A stretch of DNA of 59,117 bases. Origin: Armatimonadota bacterium. GTDB lineage: Bacteria > Armatimonadota > Zipacnadia > Zipacnadales > UBA5352. The notes under the pieces are model-generated. The model did not search any database and was not told the origin of the DNA. It saw only the letters and a list, made by a program, of their open reading frames with translations. Location: the NCBI GenBank assembly GCA_034722055.1, contig JAYENL010000284.1, positions 1-59,117 on the forward strand, in the 5' to 3' direction. Made by a program: the position numbers and the translations under genes. Positions 56,958-59,117 of this stretch are shown in pieces (position 1 is the first letter of the stretch; every line of letters starts with the position of its first letter).

Positions 56958-57920
56958 CTATCCTTCCCGCTCTGCGAGTCTGCGGGCCGCGGTCACGAGC
57001 ATCTCCGCACACGCCCCTCGCTGCCGGTCGCCGCCCATCGAGAGCCACCGGTACCCCTCACCGCTGCGGAGCCACGTCATCTGCCGCTTGGCGTAGCGGC
57101 GGGTATCGCGCTTGATGAGCCGGACGGTCTCATCCAGATCGCGCTCGCCGCTGAGGTGCTGCAGCAGGTGTCGGTAGCCGATGGCCTGCATCGACTGGCA
57201 GTCGGAGGTGACGCCGGAGTCCGCGAGACGCCGCACCTCGTCCAGCCATCCCGCCTCCATCATCTCATCGATGCGGCGCTCGATCCGTTCGAAGAGCACC
57301 CCTCTGGGGGCTGTGAGGACGTATTTCGCGCAATTATAGTGATTGCCCCCGTGGGCGTCAACGTCCTGCTGGGCCGAGATTGGCTCCCCCGTCAGCTCCC
57401 AGACCTCCAGTGCGCGAACGATCCTGCGGGCGTCCCCGGGCTCGATCCGCTGCGCCGCGGCGGGATCCACCTCGGCCAGCCGGGCGTGCAGCGCCTCCGA
57501 GCCCACCTCCTCCGCCTCGGCATGCAGGCGCTGGCGCACCTCCTCATCCTCCGGGCCCGGCGGGAAGTCAAAGCCCTCAGCAAGCGCGCGAAGATACAGC
57601 CCCGTGCCGCCGGAGAGGATGGGGAGGCGTCCGCGGTGGTGGATGTCGAGAATGGCGCGCTCCGCGTCCCGCGTGAAGTCCACCACGGTGTACTCGCCGT
57701 CGGGAGGGATGAAGTCGATGAGGTGGATCGGCGCCCTGGCGCGCTCCTCAGCGGTGGGCTTGGCGGTGCCGATGTCCATGCCCGTGTAGATCTGCATCGA
57801 GTCCGCGGAGACGATCTCCCCGCCCACGCGCTGGGCGACCCGCAGGGACATCTCGGTCTTCCCCGCTGCCGTGGGGCCGGCGATGACCAGCAGCGGAATG
57901 GTCGGGGCGCCGCCCGTCAT
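56958..57920 (-). CDS. miaA: tRNA dimethylallyltransferase
   Basis: IAGPTAAGKT, SADSMQIY.GMDIGTAKP, GGTGLY, RI.RALEV, QAIGY, TRRYAKRQ.TW; start ATG 57920. Confidence 0.97.
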   Translation of the reverse strand: MTGGAPTIPLLVIAGPTAAGKTEMSLRVAQRVGGEIVSADSMQIYTGMDIGTAKPTAEERARAPIHLIDFIPPDGEYTVVDFTRDAERAILDIHHRGRLPILSGGTGLYLRALAEGFDFPPGPEDEEVRQRLHAEAEEVGSEALHARLAEVDPAAAQRIEPGDARRIVRALEVWELTGEPISAQQDVDAHGGNHYNCAKYVLTAPRGVLFERIERRIDEMMEAGWLDEVRRLADSGVTSDCQSMQAIGYRHLLQHLSGERDLDETVRLIKRDTRRYAKRQMTWLRSGEGYRWLSMGGDRQRGACAEMLVTAARRLAEREG

Positions 57921-58960
57921 GGCGTCAGAATCACCTTCAGGGTGGTGTCGGGCTGCTCCACCATGGCCTCGAAGGCCCGCTCCACGTCCACGAGCGGCAT
58001 GTGATGCGTCACGAGCTGCTCGGGCTGCACATCGCCGCCCTCGACCAGCGTGATGGCCTGCGGGAGCGTCCCGCCATGCAGCCGCGAGCCCAGGAAGTCC
58101 AGCTCCTTCTTCACCATCAGCGCCCCGGGGACGCAGATCGCCTCGGCGCACAGCCCCACCATCACCACGCGGCCGCTGGCGGCCACCAGATCGAGCGCCT
58201 GCCGCACGGTCTGGGGCTTGCCCACAGCCTCCACCACCACCGACGGGCCGCTCTCGCCGGAGTGCTCGGCGAGCTGCTCGCGCAGGTCGCCGTCCTCGGG
58301 ATTCACGGCAGCTTCGGCGCCAAGCTGCTCCGCCATCCGCAGCCGGCCGGTGCACGGATCGGAGACGGCGCACCGCGCGCCGCGGGCCAGGCACACCTGC
58401 AGCACCGACAGCCCGATGGTGCCCACGCCGATGACCAGCAGCGCATCCTCGACCGTGACTCGCCCGCGGTTTGCGGCCTGCACGGCGATCGACAGCGGCT
58501 CCACCATCACGGCCGCGTCGGCGGACACGTCCTCGGAGATGCCGTGCAGGCAGCCCACCGGCGCCGTGAAGTACTCCGCGAAGGCCCCCGGCGCGTGCAC
58601 CCCCAGCACCCGCATCTTCTCGCAGCAGTTGTACCGCCCCGTGCGGCAGGGGAAGCACTCGCCGCAGGGCATCGAGGGGTCCAACACCACCCGCTGGCCC
58701 ACGCCCGGGGGACGTGGCTGCGGGCGCCGGGGGATCTCCACCGGCTCCCCCTCCTCCAACGCCACGACCCTCCCCACCACCTCGTGGCCGCCGATCTGCG
58801 GGTACTGAAAGAACGGCTGCGTGCCCTGGTAGGCGTGCAGGTCGCTGCCGCAGACCCCCACCGCCTCCACCTCCACCAGCGCCTCACCGGGCGCCGGCTG
58901 GGGCCGGTCCATCTCGTGGATCTCCACCTCGTGCGGCGCAACGATCATGGCTGCCTTCAT
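57917..58960 (-). CDS. zinc-binding alcohol dehydrogenase (MDR, sugar-acid type)
   Basis: GVCGSDLH, GHE..G, CGECFPC..G..N.C, VEPL, G.G.IG; start ATG 58960. Confidence 0.92.
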   Translation of the reverse strand: MKAAMIVAPHEVEIHEMDRPQPAPGEALVEVEAVGVCGSDLHAYQGTQPFFQYPQIGGHEVVGRVVALEEGEPVEIPRRPQPRPPGVGQRVVLDPSMPCGECFPCRTGRYNCCEKMRVLGVHAPGAFAEYFTAPVGCLHGISEDVSADAAVMVEPLSIAVQAANRGRVTVEDALLVIGVGTIGLSVLQVCLARGARCAVSDPCTGRLRMAEQLGAEAAVNPEDGDLREQLAEHSGESGPSVVVEAVGKPQTVRQALDLVAASGRVVMVGLCAEAICVPGALMVKKELDFLGSRLHGGTLPQAITLVEGGDVQPEQLVTHHMPLVDVERAFEAMVEQPDTTLKVILTP

Positions 58961-59038
58961 CGAGTGCTCCTGCCTCCGTGCGTGATTGAGACAGAGATCG
59001 GCGGCGGCGCGCGCAGCACCGCCGCCGACCATCTGAGT

Positions 59039-59066
59039 CTTCGCGCTCCGCCACCGATGGACCTGC
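59039..59066 (-). promoter_or_regulatory. sigma-H-like promoter for the ADH-miaA-hfq-dapF unit
   Basis: GCAGGT-N18-GAAG. Confidence 0.5.
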
Positions 59067-59117
59067 GCGGGGAGCCTACCGGTCAGTCCTCATCCCCGCC
59101 GGGAGGTCGGTGCGGGC

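Noticed and set aside
59077..59117. Possible 3' end of an upstream minus-strand gene
   Set aside because: Too short to choose a frame or assign a product

Overview
A 59-kb window from a very GC-rich bacterial chromosome. It is probably a diderm (it has an LptF/G permease), and the gene repertoire resembles Armatimonadota; that taxonomy is inferred, not verified. About 52 real CDSs are present. Housekeeping genes include glyQ-glyS-dgt, acpS, thyX, miaA-hfq-dapF-dapL-hflX, cobB and bioY. The window also holds a sigma-H-like factor, many carbohydrate-active or secreted proteins of unknown substrate, three URO-D/MtaA-like proteins, two tandem paralog pairs and an orphan Flp pilin. I found no rRNA, tRNA, CRISPR array or intact transposase. 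The most notable unexplained signals are non-coding: (1) a recurring AGG(A)-N17/18-GAA promoter motif matching the Bacillus sigma-H consensus upstream of about 12 transcription units, including sigH itself; (2) two promoter- and hairpin-bounded structured ncRNA candidates at 125-262 (-) and 34479-34599 (+); (3) a nested intergenic repeat complex at 12581-13385, plus other REP-like elements. All calls come from reading motifs by eye; no searches were run.
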